DNA from: Syntrophorhabdaceae bacterium
GTDB lineage: Bacteria; Desulfobacterota; Syntrophorhabdia; Syntrophorhabdales; Syntrophorhabdaceae
Direction: 5' to 3'
DNA length: 64,000 nt
Assembly (NCBI GenBank): GCA_963665295.1
Contig: OY762209.1
Coordinates: forward strand, 2,208,001-2,272,000
Shown here: piece after piece, positions 39,489 to 48,328 of the stretch
Layout: every line of letters begins with the position of its first letter
Numbering within the stretch: position 1 is the stretch's first letter
Position numbers and translations under genes: made by a program
Notes under the pieces: model-generated
Told to the model about the DNA's origin: nothing
What the model saw: only the letters and a program-made list of their open reading frames with translations
The model's database searches: none

Positions 39489-40886
39489 ATGACAACACCG
39501 AAGAATGTAACACAGTGGTTAGACAGTCTTGAGCTTAACCGGTTTCATGTGCTCGTCATGTTTCTCGCGGGATTCACCCTTATTTTCGATGGGTATGATT
39601 CTCAGATTATCGCGTACATCATGCCCCAGGTAATGAAGGAGTGGGGTCTCAAGCCTGTTATGGCGGGATCGATTGCGTCATACGGCTTCGGGGGACTCAT
39701 GTGCGGCGCTGCAATCTTCGGCATGATTGCCGACCGCATCGGCCGGAAAGGCGGCCTGATGCTTGCCATTCTCTTTTTCTCAGTCTTCAGCGGACTGGGC
39801 GCTTTTGCCCCCAATTTCAAATCTTTTTGCGTTTTGCGGTTTCTCGCGGGTCTTGGCATGGGCGGGGCAATGCCTATATGTATTGCCATCGTAAGCGAGT
39901 TCGCACCGGCCAGGATCAGGGCAAAATCCGTGACCGCCATGTTTGCGGGTTTTACCACTGGATGGGCGGTGGCAGGAGCCGTCGCCATGGCCATCATTCC
40001 CGCCTACGGCTGGCGAGCCGCACTGTTTATGGGTTTCATACCCATGCTGTTCCTCCCCGTCATGAAGTTCTGGTGCCCTGAGTCGGTCCGTTTTCTCGCG
40101 GGCAGAGGCAAGCTCCAGGAAGCCATCGCCACCATGCGAAGAGTGGAAAGGGCTGCCAAGATTTATCCCATACCATGGACAGAGGCACATTTCACCTTTG
40201 GCACCGGTCCCCAGAAGAAAGGCAAAATGAGAGACATTTTCGGGCGGGGCTTGATCGCCATGACCATCCTTCTCTGGTTTGCCTATTTCTTCAACCTTCT
40301 CGTAACGTATGGACTGTCCACATGGCTCCCCACTCTTCTTGTGAAACAGGGTTTCTCCGTGGTGAAGAGCTACAGCTACGGCTTGATTCAGGCCATAGGG
40401 GCTTCCATCGGCGGGTTTGCATGCGGCTGGATGATGGATAAGTTCGGCAGGAAGGCAGCCCTCTTCATCTGCTACTTCCTGGGAGGATTTGCGGTACTTC
40501 TTTTCGGGACCGTGACGAACACCACGGGCCTCTATATTTACGGCGGTCTTGCGGGCATGCTCATCATCGGGGCCCAGATCGGTATTCAGGTAGTGGCCGG
40601 TGAAGCCTATCCGACCGCCATCAGGACTACCGGGGCCGGGTATGTCATGACCTTCGGGAGAATCGGGGCGATCCTCGCGGGCGTCCTCGGCGGCGTGCTC
40701 GTACAGGCCGGTTTCTCCTTCAAACAGTTCTTTGTTTTCTATGCAATACCCTGTTTCGTCGTGGCCGGCATTTCCCTGCTTTTCAAAGTGAACAAGTCGG
40801 AAGGCCTTGAGCATATCCACGAGAAACTGGTTAGCTCCCACGCCAAGCCGGCTGTGGCTACCGCAAGAATAGACGAGGCCGGCTAA
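39489..40886 (+). CDS. MFS aromatic acid:H+ symporter (BenK/PcaK family)
   Basis: FDGYD, ADRIGRK, RFLAGLGMGG, SEFAP, PESVRFL, YPTAIRTTG. Confidence 0.88.
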   Translation: MTTPKNVTQWLDSLELNRFHVLVMFLAGFTLIFDGYDSQIIAYIMPQVMKEWGLKPVMAGSIASYGFGGLMCGAAIFGMIADRIGRKGGLMLAILFFSVFSGLGAFAPNFKSFCVLRFLAGLGMGGAMPICIAIVSEFAPARIRAKSVTAMFAGFTTGWAVAGAVAMAIIPAYGWRAALFMGFIPMLFLPVMKFWCPESVRFLAGRGKLQEAIATMRRVERAAKIYPIPWTEAHFTFGTGPQKKGKMRDIFGRGLIAMTILLWFAYFFNLLVTYGLSTWLPTLLVKQGFSVVKSYSYGLIQAIGASIGGFACGWMMDKFGRKAALFICYFLGGFAVLLFGTVTNTTGLYIYGGLAGMLIIGAQIGIQVVAGEAYPTAIRTTGAGYVMTFGRIGAILAGVLGGVLVQAGFSFKQFFVFYAIPCFVVAGISLLFKVNKSEGLEHIHEKLVSSHAKPAVATARIDEAG

Positions 40887-41029
40887 CATATATGATGGAT
40901 AGGCGAGCGGAAATACCTTTGCTAACCCCCCTGGGTAGAGTACGCGCTTCCTACTCCTTGTGTTTAACGCAGGCTCCGGAACCCCCGGGGCCTGCCTGAT
41001 GACTGAGTACTCCTTTAGCAGATGTGAGC

Positions 41030-41073
41030 TCAGAGGCCGCTCAACCGGAGAGATCAGGGTGAGCGGCCTCTGA
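41030..41073. terminator. Inverted repeat between convergent genes
   Basis: TCAGAGGCCGCTCA-N16-TGAGCGGCCTCTGA perfect 14-bp stem. Confidence 0.55.
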
Positions 41074-41147
41074 CTATTACGCATATGGGCACGGTTTTGG
41101 CCCTCGGGGGCCTGTATCTTATCGTCACGAAATAGGTCGGATGATTG

Positions 41148-41927
41148 TTAGTGGAGTATGCCCCTGGATTCCAGCCACTCCCGGGCATATTGACTACCCA
41201 GCTTTGCGGCGAACCTGAAATCCTTGACCGCGAGACTGTGATCTCCCCTGTTTTCATATATTTCCGCCCGGCTCACATAGGCGTCGGCGTAATCGGGGCT
41301 CAGGGTGATGGCCTCGGTAAAGTCCCGGAGGGCCTGTTCGTCGTCACCCGAGGCGTGGTACGCCTTGCCCCGGTTGTGGTAGGTTTCCGCAAACTCGGGT
41401 CTTGTCCGGATAAACCTGGTGTAGTCGCGTATTGCCTCCTCGTGTTCGCCGAGTGCCTCGTGGGCGTCGCCGCGAATCACATAGGCCCATTCGAATTCCG
41501 GTTTCAGCGTGAGCAGGACCGTATAGTCGTGGACAGCCTGAAGGTAGTCTCCGGTTTTCATGCAGACTATGCCCCGTTTGCCGTAAGTGGCCGCGTCGTC
41601 GGGCTTCAATCCTATGGCATAGGTGTAGTCCCCGATTTCCTTTTCGTGGTCCCCCAGGTTTCCGTATGCGGCGGCACGGTATATATAGAGTTCGATCCGG
41701 TCGGGGCTGAGTGCGATGGCCCGGGTATAATTGTCTGCCGCCTGCCCGTAGTTGCCGAGGACGCGGTAGATGTCTCCCAGGTTCACATAGGCGGTCACAT
41801 AGTCGGAATCGAGTTCCACGGCCCGCGTATAATTGATCACCGCCTGATCGTAGTTCCCTGTTTTTCGGGCCGTATCCCCCCGCTTGTTGTAAGCCTTTGC
41901 GAATTCGTGATTCTTGACTTTGACCAT
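41148..41927 (-). CDS. Tetratricopeptide repeat protein (~7 TPRs)
   Basis: 34-aa repeats AY.NRG...G.Y..A..DYT.AI.L.P; start refined to 41927 (TACAAT 7 nt upstream). Confidence 0.88.
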   Translation of the reverse strand: MVKVKNHEFAKAYNKRGDTARKTGNYDQAVINYTRAVELDSDYVTAYVNLGDIYRVLGNYGQAADNYTRAIALSPDRIELYIYRAAAYGNLGDHEKEIGDYTYAIGLKPDDAATYGKRGIVCMKTGDYLQAVHDYTVLLTLKPEFEWAYVIRGDAHEALGEHEEAIRDYTRFIRTRPEFAETYHNRGKAYHASGDDEQALRDFTEAITLSPDYADAYVSRAEIYENRGDHSLAVKDFRFAAKLGSQYAREWLESRGILH

Positions 41928-41988
41928 AGGGATCATTGTAAATATCCTGCCCGGAAAAATCCAGTATAAAAGTACCCCCGGAAATAAG

Positions 41989-42309
41989 GAGCGAAGGGCG
42001 CATAATTACCGATCAGCCCACACTGTGAGCGTGGTGCGACGCAAGCCCTCCTGATTGCGCCACGTGAGCCCCAATAATTGCAATGCCTTTGTAGAGCGAA
42101 GGGTGTATAATTATCCGACGGGTTTTATTTAGCTCACACAGTGAGCGAGAAGGGGAGGCTCTACCGGCTTTGCCGGTGGAGGGGGCGACGCAAGCCCCTT
42201 TAGCAGTGGGTGCACAATTATCCCACCGGTTTTATTTAGCTCACACAGTGAGCGAGAAGGGGAGGCTCTACCGGCTTTGCCGGTGGAGGGGGCGACGCAA
42301 GCCCCTTTA
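41989..42309. repeat. Tandem structured ~107-bp repeats (REP/MITE-like)
   Basis: 82-bp identical copies at 42121-42202 and 42228-42309; degenerate remnants at 41989-42072. Confidence 0.9.
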
Positions 42310-42310
42310 T

Positions 42311-43873
42311 ATGAAGAAAGCGACAATAGACATCAACTTCGACTTCCGGAAAGCCCTCGATCTCATGGAGAATTCGAAGAGTCATCTCTTCATTACCGGG
42401 AAGGCGGGCACGGGGAAATCGACGCTTCTCGACCATTTCAGGAATACAACCCGCAAGGAAGTGGCCGTACTCGCACCTACGGGCGTGGCAGCCCTCAATG
42501 TCCAGGGTCAGACCATACACTCCTTTTTCGGATTCAAGCCGAGCATTACTCCCGAGAAGGTGAAAAAGGTTTCCGGGGTGGAGGGAGAGATCTTCAAAAA
42601 GTTCGATACTATCATCATTGACGAAGTATCCATGGTCAGGGCGGACCTCCTCGACTGCATCGAAAAGTTTCTGCGTCTGAACGGTCCCTACGGGAAGCAA
42701 TGGTTCGGAGGGGTCCAGATGGTATTCATCGGAGACCTGTACCAGCTTCCGCCCGTGGTGACCTCCTCGGAGAAGGAGATATTCACTCACCGTTACGAGA
42801 CGCCTTATTTTTTCTCCGCCAGGGTTTTCGAGGAGGAGAGCTTTGACATGGAGTTTATCGAGTTGGAGAAGGTATACCGCCAGACCGAGCCGGAATTCAT
42901 TGCCCTTCTGAATGGCATCCGGAACAGGTCCTGCACGGACGGGGACCTGGCGAGGCTGAATCAACGCCACGTGCCCGGCTTTGTCCCCCCTGACGATGCC
43001 TTTTACGTGACCCTCACAAGCACCAACGACCTTGCGGCAGCGCGAAACCTGGAACGCCTCGATTCCCTTCCCGGGAGCCTCGTGCAGTATGATTGTTCGG
43101 TGACGGGAGGGTTCGACAAGTCCTCCCTTCCTACGGAAGAGACGTTAAGGCTCAAGGCAGGTGCCCAGGTGATGCTCGTCAATAACGACAGGAACGGGCG
43201 ATGGGTGAACGGGACCATAGGCAGGATTGCGGATATAGAGAGAAAGAAGGGCGAGGACGACGTGGTGTGGGTAAGTCTTCCCGGCGGGGACGCAATAGAG
43301 GTAACCCCCTACACGTGGGAACTCTTCGAGTACGAATATGACCGGAAGACGAAACATATATCGACGAGGAAGACCGGTTCCTTTACCCAGTATCCCATCC
43401 GCCTGGCCTGGGCGGTCACCATCCACAAGAGCCAGGGCAAGACATTCGACAGGGTTGTCATCGACATAGGCCGCGGCGCCTTTGCCCACGGTCAGGTCTA
43501 CGTGGCCATGAGCCGCTGCACGAGCTTCGAGGGTATTACCCTTGTCAAAGAGATCACGAAGTCCCACATACGCATGGACTGGAGGGTGTCCCGGTTTCTC
43601 ACGCGTTTCCAGTACAGGAAGGCCGACGAGAAGGTAAGTTGCGAGGAGAGGCGGAGGATCATCGAAGACGCGATGAAACGGGGGATGGATCTTGAAATAC
43701 TTTATCTCAAGCCGGACGACACAAAATCCCGCCGCACTATCCGCCCCATCTCCATAGAACAGATGGAATTCAAAGGCAAGACTTTCGAGGGTCTCCGGGC
43801 TTACTGCCTTTTGAGAAAGGGGGAAAGGGCCTTCAGGATCGACAGAATCCTGGAGCTGACCTACACGCTTTGA
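42311..43873 (+). CDS. Pif1/RecD-like SF1B helicase with C-terminal WYL domain
   Basis: TGKAGTGKS, APTGVAA, IIDEVSM, GDLYQLPPV, YRQ, AVTIHKSQG, GQVYVAMSR; C-terminal Y...RRTIRP...LRAYCLLRKGERAFRIDRI. Confidence 0.88.
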   Translation: MKKATIDINFDFRKALDLMENSKSHLFITGKAGTGKSTLLDHFRNTTRKEVAVLAPTGVAALNVQGQTIHSFFGFKPSITPEKVKKVSGVEGEIFKKFDTIIIDEVSMVRADLLDCIEKFLRLNGPYGKQWFGGVQMVFIGDLYQLPPVVTSSEKEIFTHRYETPYFFSARVFEEESFDMEFIELEKVYRQTEPEFIALLNGIRNRSCTDGDLARLNQRHVPGFVPPDDAFYVTLTSTNDLAAARNLERLDSLPGSLVQYDCSVTGGFDKSSLPTEETLRLKAGAQVMLVNNDRNGRWVNGTIGRIADIERKKGEDDVVWVSLPGGDAIEVTPYTWELFEYEYDRKTKHISTRKTGSFTQYPIRLAWAVTIHKSQGKTFDRVVIDIGRGAFAHGQVYVAMSRCTSFEGITLVKEITKSHIRMDWRVSRFLTRFQYRKADEKVSCEERRRIIEDAMKRGMDLEILYLKPDDTKSRRTIRPISIEQMEFKGKTFEGLRAYCLLRKGERAFRIDRILELTYTL

Positions 43874-44262
43874 CCCCGACGAAACAACTAATCAAAAGAA
43901 CGAACGATACCGGGAGACTTGCTCCAGGTTGGCCCCTGATCCAACTGGTCCTTATTTCCGGCATCCACTGATTAAGATATTCTGATTGTGCCGGGCGGAG
44001 TAGGCGGGGGCATTGAGCGAGGGCTTCAGATGTGCCCGGCTGTGAAGGGGTGTGGACCGGAACCGTACTAATGTACGGAGGAGGGCTCGCCCCTTTGCAG
44101 AGGGGTGCATATGGAGTTCTCGTTTAATACCCCCGCCTATCCACCAAAACAGCCTTCTTTTTTCCCATTCCCAACAAACACGGCAAACACCAGGGACTCG
44201 CGCTGCCCGGGGAATATATCCGGTCTGGACAAAGGACCTCCTTCTGTATTTAAATATCCCTT

Positions 44263-46281
44263 TTGACGAAGCCGCAGGTTACACTGGAGGGAAGATTGAC
44301 TACGGAGAAAAGTTATACGGCGGAGGACCTTAAGACCCAGCTCAATGCTTCACAGTTCAGGGCGGTCACTGCCACGGAAGGGCCGGTCCTTGTTATCGCA
44401 GGTGCGGGGAGCGGGAAGACAAGGGTTATCGAGTACAGGTCGCTCTATCTCGTGAGGAAGGGTGTTGAGCCGGAATCGATCCTGCTCCTCACGTTCACCC
44501 GGCGGAGCGCCCATGAGATGATCGAGAGGGCGTCGCGGAACGACGGGCGGTGTGCAAAGATAGACGGCGGCACATTCCATTCTTTTGCGAGCAAGGTTCT
44601 GAGAAGATACAGCACGAACCTCGGCCTCGCAGCCTCGTTCACCATATACGACGAAGGCGATGCGGAGGAGGCGATCCGGCGCTGCTGCAACAAGATGGGA
44701 TATGACCAGGACAAGGAGTTTCCCAAGAAGAACGAGCTTAAGAATGTGTTCAGCCTTTGTATCAACAAGGGGCTGAACGTTGACGACGCGGTCTCGACGG
44801 CATACCAGGACTACGAGGACAGGCTCGACGAGATCAAGACCGTGCAAAAGGAATACGCCCTCTATAAGCGCAAGAACAACTGCGTCGACTACGACGATCT
44901 GCTCGTCTATCTCAAGGTCATCCTTGAAATAGACGAGGTGCGGGAGAGGCTTTCCTCACAATACCGGTACATTATGGTTGACGAATATCAGGACACCAAC
45001 GGCGTCCAGGCCGACATCGTCCGCCTTCTCGCAAAGAAACACGGGAATATCATGGTGGTGGGAGACGACGCGCAGAGCATCTACGGCTTCAGGGGCGCCA
45101 ACCACCTGAATATCCTCGATTTTCCCCGGAAGTTCACGGGTTGCGAGGTAATCAAGCTGGAGGAGAATTACCGTTCCAACCAGCCCATCCTCGACGTGGG
45201 AAACGCAGTCCTTACCAACATGCGTCACAAATTCGACAAACGTCTTGTATCGAGGACGGGGGCTACCGCCGAAAAGCCGACCTTGAGGCGCTTCGACGAT
45301 ATGTACGACGAAGCGGGGTGGGTCGTGGCGAAGGTTCAGGGCTTAAGGGCCGAGGGCATAGAGATGAGAGAGATGGCCGTACTCTTCAGGACCGCCTTTA
45401 CATCCATGCCCCTCCAGGCGGAGCTGATAAAGCGGGGGATAAGATTCAAACTCTTCGGGGGACGGAAATTTTACGAGACGGCCCATGTCCGCGACGTGGT
45501 CTCCTATCTCAGGATCGTGGCGAACCCTACGGACGAACTTGCGTGGCAGAGGGTTCTGCTGCTCCTTCCCGGTATCGGCGTGAGGACCGTGGAAAGGCTC
45601 CTCGGGTTGATCGTCCACTACGACACCCTGTCCGCCATTATCGACAAAGTCTTTGCCCCTTTCTCGTCGGGTCAGAAATCTTCCGACGTTTTTGCCTCCC
45701 TGAAGACGCTCCTCCACTCCATCTCGGGCCCGTCGCTAACGCCCGCCCGGCAGCTCGCGGAGGTCATGACCCATTACGGTCCCATCATGAAGGTAAAGTA
45801 CAAAAAGGACTCCACCAGGGTGAAGGAACTGACCATGCTTCAACACATGGCCGAGAGGTACAAGACCCTGAGGGACTTTCTTGCGGATGTGGCAGTTGAT
45901 CCGGACAAGGACTCGAAAGACGGCGACCTCGAATACCTTACCCTCTCCACCGTCCATTCCGCAAAAGGGCTTGAGTGGGGAAGGGTCTTTTTGATCGGTC
46001 TCGCGGACGGTGTGTTCCCCTCGAACCGGGCCCTTATTGATGGCGATGAGAGCGACGTCGAAGAAGAGAAGAGGCTTTTCTATGTGGCGGTTACAAGGGC
46101 AAAGGACGAGCTTTGTTTCAGTTTCTCACGAAAGACAGGGACGAGCGAGAGGTCGACGAGCAAGGCCTCGAGGTTTCTTGACCCGGACAATGTAAGAGAG
46201 ACCGTGGAATTCAGGCCGGTGAAGACGGCCATCGAGCCCCGGCCCCGCCGATCGGGATATTCGCGATACGGGGGACGGTGA
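44263..46281 (+). CDS. UvrD/PcrA-family SF1A helicase
   Basis: AGAGSGKT, LTFT, TFHS, VDEYQD, VGDDAQSIYGFRGA, LEENYRS, STVHSAKGLEW, EEKRLFYVAVTRAK. Confidence 0.93.
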   Translation: MTKPQVTLEGRLTTEKSYTAEDLKTQLNASQFRAVTATEGPVLVIAGAGSGKTRVIEYRSLYLVRKGVEPESILLLTFTRRSAHEMIERASRNDGRCAKIDGGTFHSFASKVLRRYSTNLGLAASFTIYDEGDAEEAIRRCCNKMGYDQDKEFPKKNELKNVFSLCINKGLNVDDAVSTAYQDYEDRLDEIKTVQKEYALYKRKNNCVDYDDLLVYLKVILEIDEVRERLSSQYRYIMVDEYQDTNGVQADIVRLLAKKHGNIMVVGDDAQSIYGFRGANHLNILDFPRKFTGCEVIKLEENYRSNQPILDVGNAVLTNMRHKFDKRLVSRTGATAEKPTLRRFDDMYDEAGWVVAKVQGLRAEGIEMREMAVLFRTAFTSMPLQAELIKRGIRFKLFGGRKFYETAHVRDVVSYLRIVANPTDELAWQRVLLLLPGIGVRTVERLLGLIVHYDTLSAIIDKVFAPFSSGQKSSDVFASLKTLLHSISGPSLTPARQLAEVMTHYGPIMKVKYKKDSTRVKELTMLQHMAERYKTLRDFLADVAVDPDKDSKDGDLEYLTLSTVHSAKGLEWGRVFLIGLADGVFPSNRALIDGDESDVEEEKRLFYVAVTRAKDELCFSFSRKTGTSERSTSKASRFLDPDNVRETVEFRPVKTAIEPRPRRSGYSRYGGR

Positions 46282-46375
46282 GAGACCCGGTTTCTTGGGG
46301 GGCGCTATTCCGCATCCCTCGACAGGTCGGGTTCGGGGGCTTGATTTACGTCGGGGATGTGTTATACATAGGAAT

Positions 46376-46594
46376 ATGAAGAAAGAACCCCCGGAATATG
46401 AAAATGCCCCCCATGAGTCCCCATCCGGCGGCCCCGCCGCTCGGGACAGGGGAGTTGCCGGGCGCCTTACCGTAACCACCGCCATAAGGGCCGCTACGGC
46501 TATCATTGTCTTCGGTGTTCCTCTTGTGGTGGGTACCGCCACAGTGGTTGGTTGCGGAATTTATAAGGCTTACAAACGGCTTACGAGGTCATAA
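46376..46594 (+). CDS. Small hypothetical membrane protein
   Basis: 72-aa ORF with one hydrophobic segment and a basic tail, in an intergenic gap. Confidence 0.45.
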   Translation: MKKEPPEYENAPHESPSGGPAARDRGVAGRLTVTTAIRAATAIIVFGVPLVVGTATVVGCGIYKAYKRLTRS

Positions 46595-46606
46595 AGCGGG
46601 TCGTAG

Positions 46607-47602
46607 TCAGACGGCCACGTCCATTCTCTGGGTCGTTCCCGCGGACCCGTCTTCCCTGAGATAAAGGCTGGTCTCCATTATCTTCGCTTCCGTCTGGTTT
46701 TGCGCGTTCTTCAGTTCGAAGGGAGTACTGGCTGTGCCCGTGTAAAGCGCCCCGATGTCGAGGTCCTTAAGCGTCCGGAGTGTCTCGGTTTCAGTCCCTT
46801 TCGTCCAGACACCGAGACGGGAATACACGGAGTCGCCTTCATCGATCCACCCGTTATGGTCTTCGTCATAGGCGGCAAGCTCCCCATACCCGTTGCCCGT
46901 GGCCGGTCCGAAAAGCTCCGAGCCATTGTCTATGGTCCCGTTGCCGTTCTTGTCGAGGGCCAGGAAACCGTTCTGGCCTCCAAGGAGGGGCACGTCCTCT
47001 TCGGTTCCGTCCACGTCGATGTCGAACTTCATCTTCTGTCCTGAAAGGGTGGCTGGACCTGCCCCGAGGTTGACGACAAGGGGGTCCTTCAGCGCGTCTC
47101 CTGCCCTGATGTCCGTGTTCTCCGTCCGGGTGAACGACCGGTCCATCTCAAGGGAAAGGGAAAGGGCGTAATCCTTCCCGTTTGCGGTAACCACGCCGTT
47201 CGCCTCGAAAGAAGTCTGTTCGGTTTCCACATAGGTCTCGGTGGACGTATAGGTGAGACCCCATCCTTGCGTCCCGCCGCGGTTTCCCGTTGTCTCCGAC
47301 GGAACCTGGGACGCCGTCCCGCCGGCCCCGGAAGACACCGCCTTACCGGAAAGGATTTTGATCTCGTGTCCCGTGAGACTGGCTACGAGCCGGGCAAGAA
47401 TCAGCCATTTACCGCTGAGAGTAAGCTCGTCGTCTTCCCCGGAATCCTTTGAAGCGGACCGTTCATAACTCGTAACAGCCGAGTTGACCCGGGAACTCAG
47501 GGAAGCCCTGTTGTCCCATACGGTGAGCTTCTCGGTCTTCTTGCGACTTGCCGTAAGCGCATGAGTTGCTGATAATGATATATTGGATGATTCAACCCTC
47601 AT
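46607..47602 (-). CDS. Conserved hypothetical protein with DPLV motif and DxDxDG-type loops
   Basis: KDPLVVNL, FDIDVDG, GFLALDKNGNGTIDNGSELFG, YDEDHNGWIDEGD; sigma28 promoter upstream. Confidence 0.8.
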   Translation of the reverse strand: MRVESSNISLSATHALTASRKKTEKLTVWDNRASLSSRVNSAVTSYERSASKDSGEDDELTLSGKWLILARLVASLTGHEIKILSGKAVSSGAGGTASQVPSETTGNRGGTQGWGLTYTSTETYVETEQTSFEANGVVTANGKDYALSLSLEMDRSFTRTENTDIRAGDALKDPLVVNLGAGPATLSGQKMKFDIDVDGTEEDVPLLGGQNGFLALDKNGNGTIDNGSELFGPATGNGYGELAAYDEDHNGWIDEGDSVYSRLGVWTKGTETETLRTLKDLDIGALYTGTASTPFELKNAQNQTEAKIMETSLYLREDGSAGTTQRMDVAV

Positions 47603-47609
47603 AGGAGGT

Positions 47610-47636
47610 TTATCGGTAAAAGGGCGGAAAACTTAA
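47610..47636 (-). promoter_or_regulatory. sigma28 (FliA) promoter
   Basis: Minus strand TTAAGTTT-N11-ACCGATAA, ending 7 nt before the ATG. Confidence 0.8.
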
Positions 47637-47746
47637 ATATTTTTTTTATCATCCTGTCTCGCTCGTAGGATTCAACCTGTTCGTACCATGAGGATTGATA
47701 TTGTCAACTTCACCAGTTTCCCGTCATCTGCCGATATGTACGCTAT

Positions 47747-48328
47747 TTAGGCGCCCGGTATAACCTTCGCAATATCCCTGCTCAACGCTGCCAGGATTTT
47801 GCTGTATGCCTGAACCAGCGCCCTGTAATCCGACCCTTGAACCGGTTCGGTGTAACGCGACCTGGTGGAGGCGACTACTTTCTTGTCCTTGTCCGTGACC
47901 GTCCACCAGGCATCGATGAATGCTTTCTCTCCGGGGTTTCCCGTCATGGCAATGATCTGTATGCGGACGCGGTAGTCGGGAGGCTCATGCCCGGTCCATG
48001 GAAACTGGTATGCCCCTCTCGTGCAGACCAACTTGGAAAGGTTCTCGGTAATGACTTGAGAAAAATTGCCCGGCAGAGGTTCGGCCCACTGGTCGAAACC
48101 GGCGTAGTTGATCTCGTTTTCCGATGAGGCGGTCACGATCTGGGACCTCATAAGATAGTGGGGCACTTCTATGGGACCCACGCCGATTGTGGCGCAGCGT
48201 TCATTCGTCCTTGCAGGCATTTCCGGGATGGAGCTCAGCACGTAGAACCTTGTGGCAGGGGAACTCGCGCAACCCGCGATCATGAGGAGCATCACAGCAA
48301 AGGCTGTCGCAGAGAGGAAGTTTTTCAT
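47747..48328 (-). CDS. PqiC-like membrane-integrity lipoprotein
   Basis: Lipobox IAGC, RFYVL, VGPIEVPHYL.R..IV, WAEPL. Confidence 0.82.
   Translation of the reverse strand: MKNFLSATAFAVMLLMIAGCASSPATRFYVLSSIPEMPARTNERCATIGVGPIEVPHYLMRSQIVTASSENEINYAGFDQWAEPLPGNFSQVITENLSKLVCTRGAYQFPWTGHEPPDYRVRIQIIAMTGNPGEKAFIDAWWTVTDKDKKVVASTRSRYTEPVQGSDYRALVQAYSKILAALSRDIAKVIPGA

Noticed and set aside
42096..42309. CRISPR array interpretation of the tandem repeats
   Set aside because: The repeat is 82 bp with only two full copies, the 25-nt intervening segments are homologous to each other rather than unique spacers, and no cas genes are present
42170..42310. N-terminal extension of the helicase given by the ORF track
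   Set aside because: It is a translation of the repeat itself; protein-like sequence begins at ATG 42311
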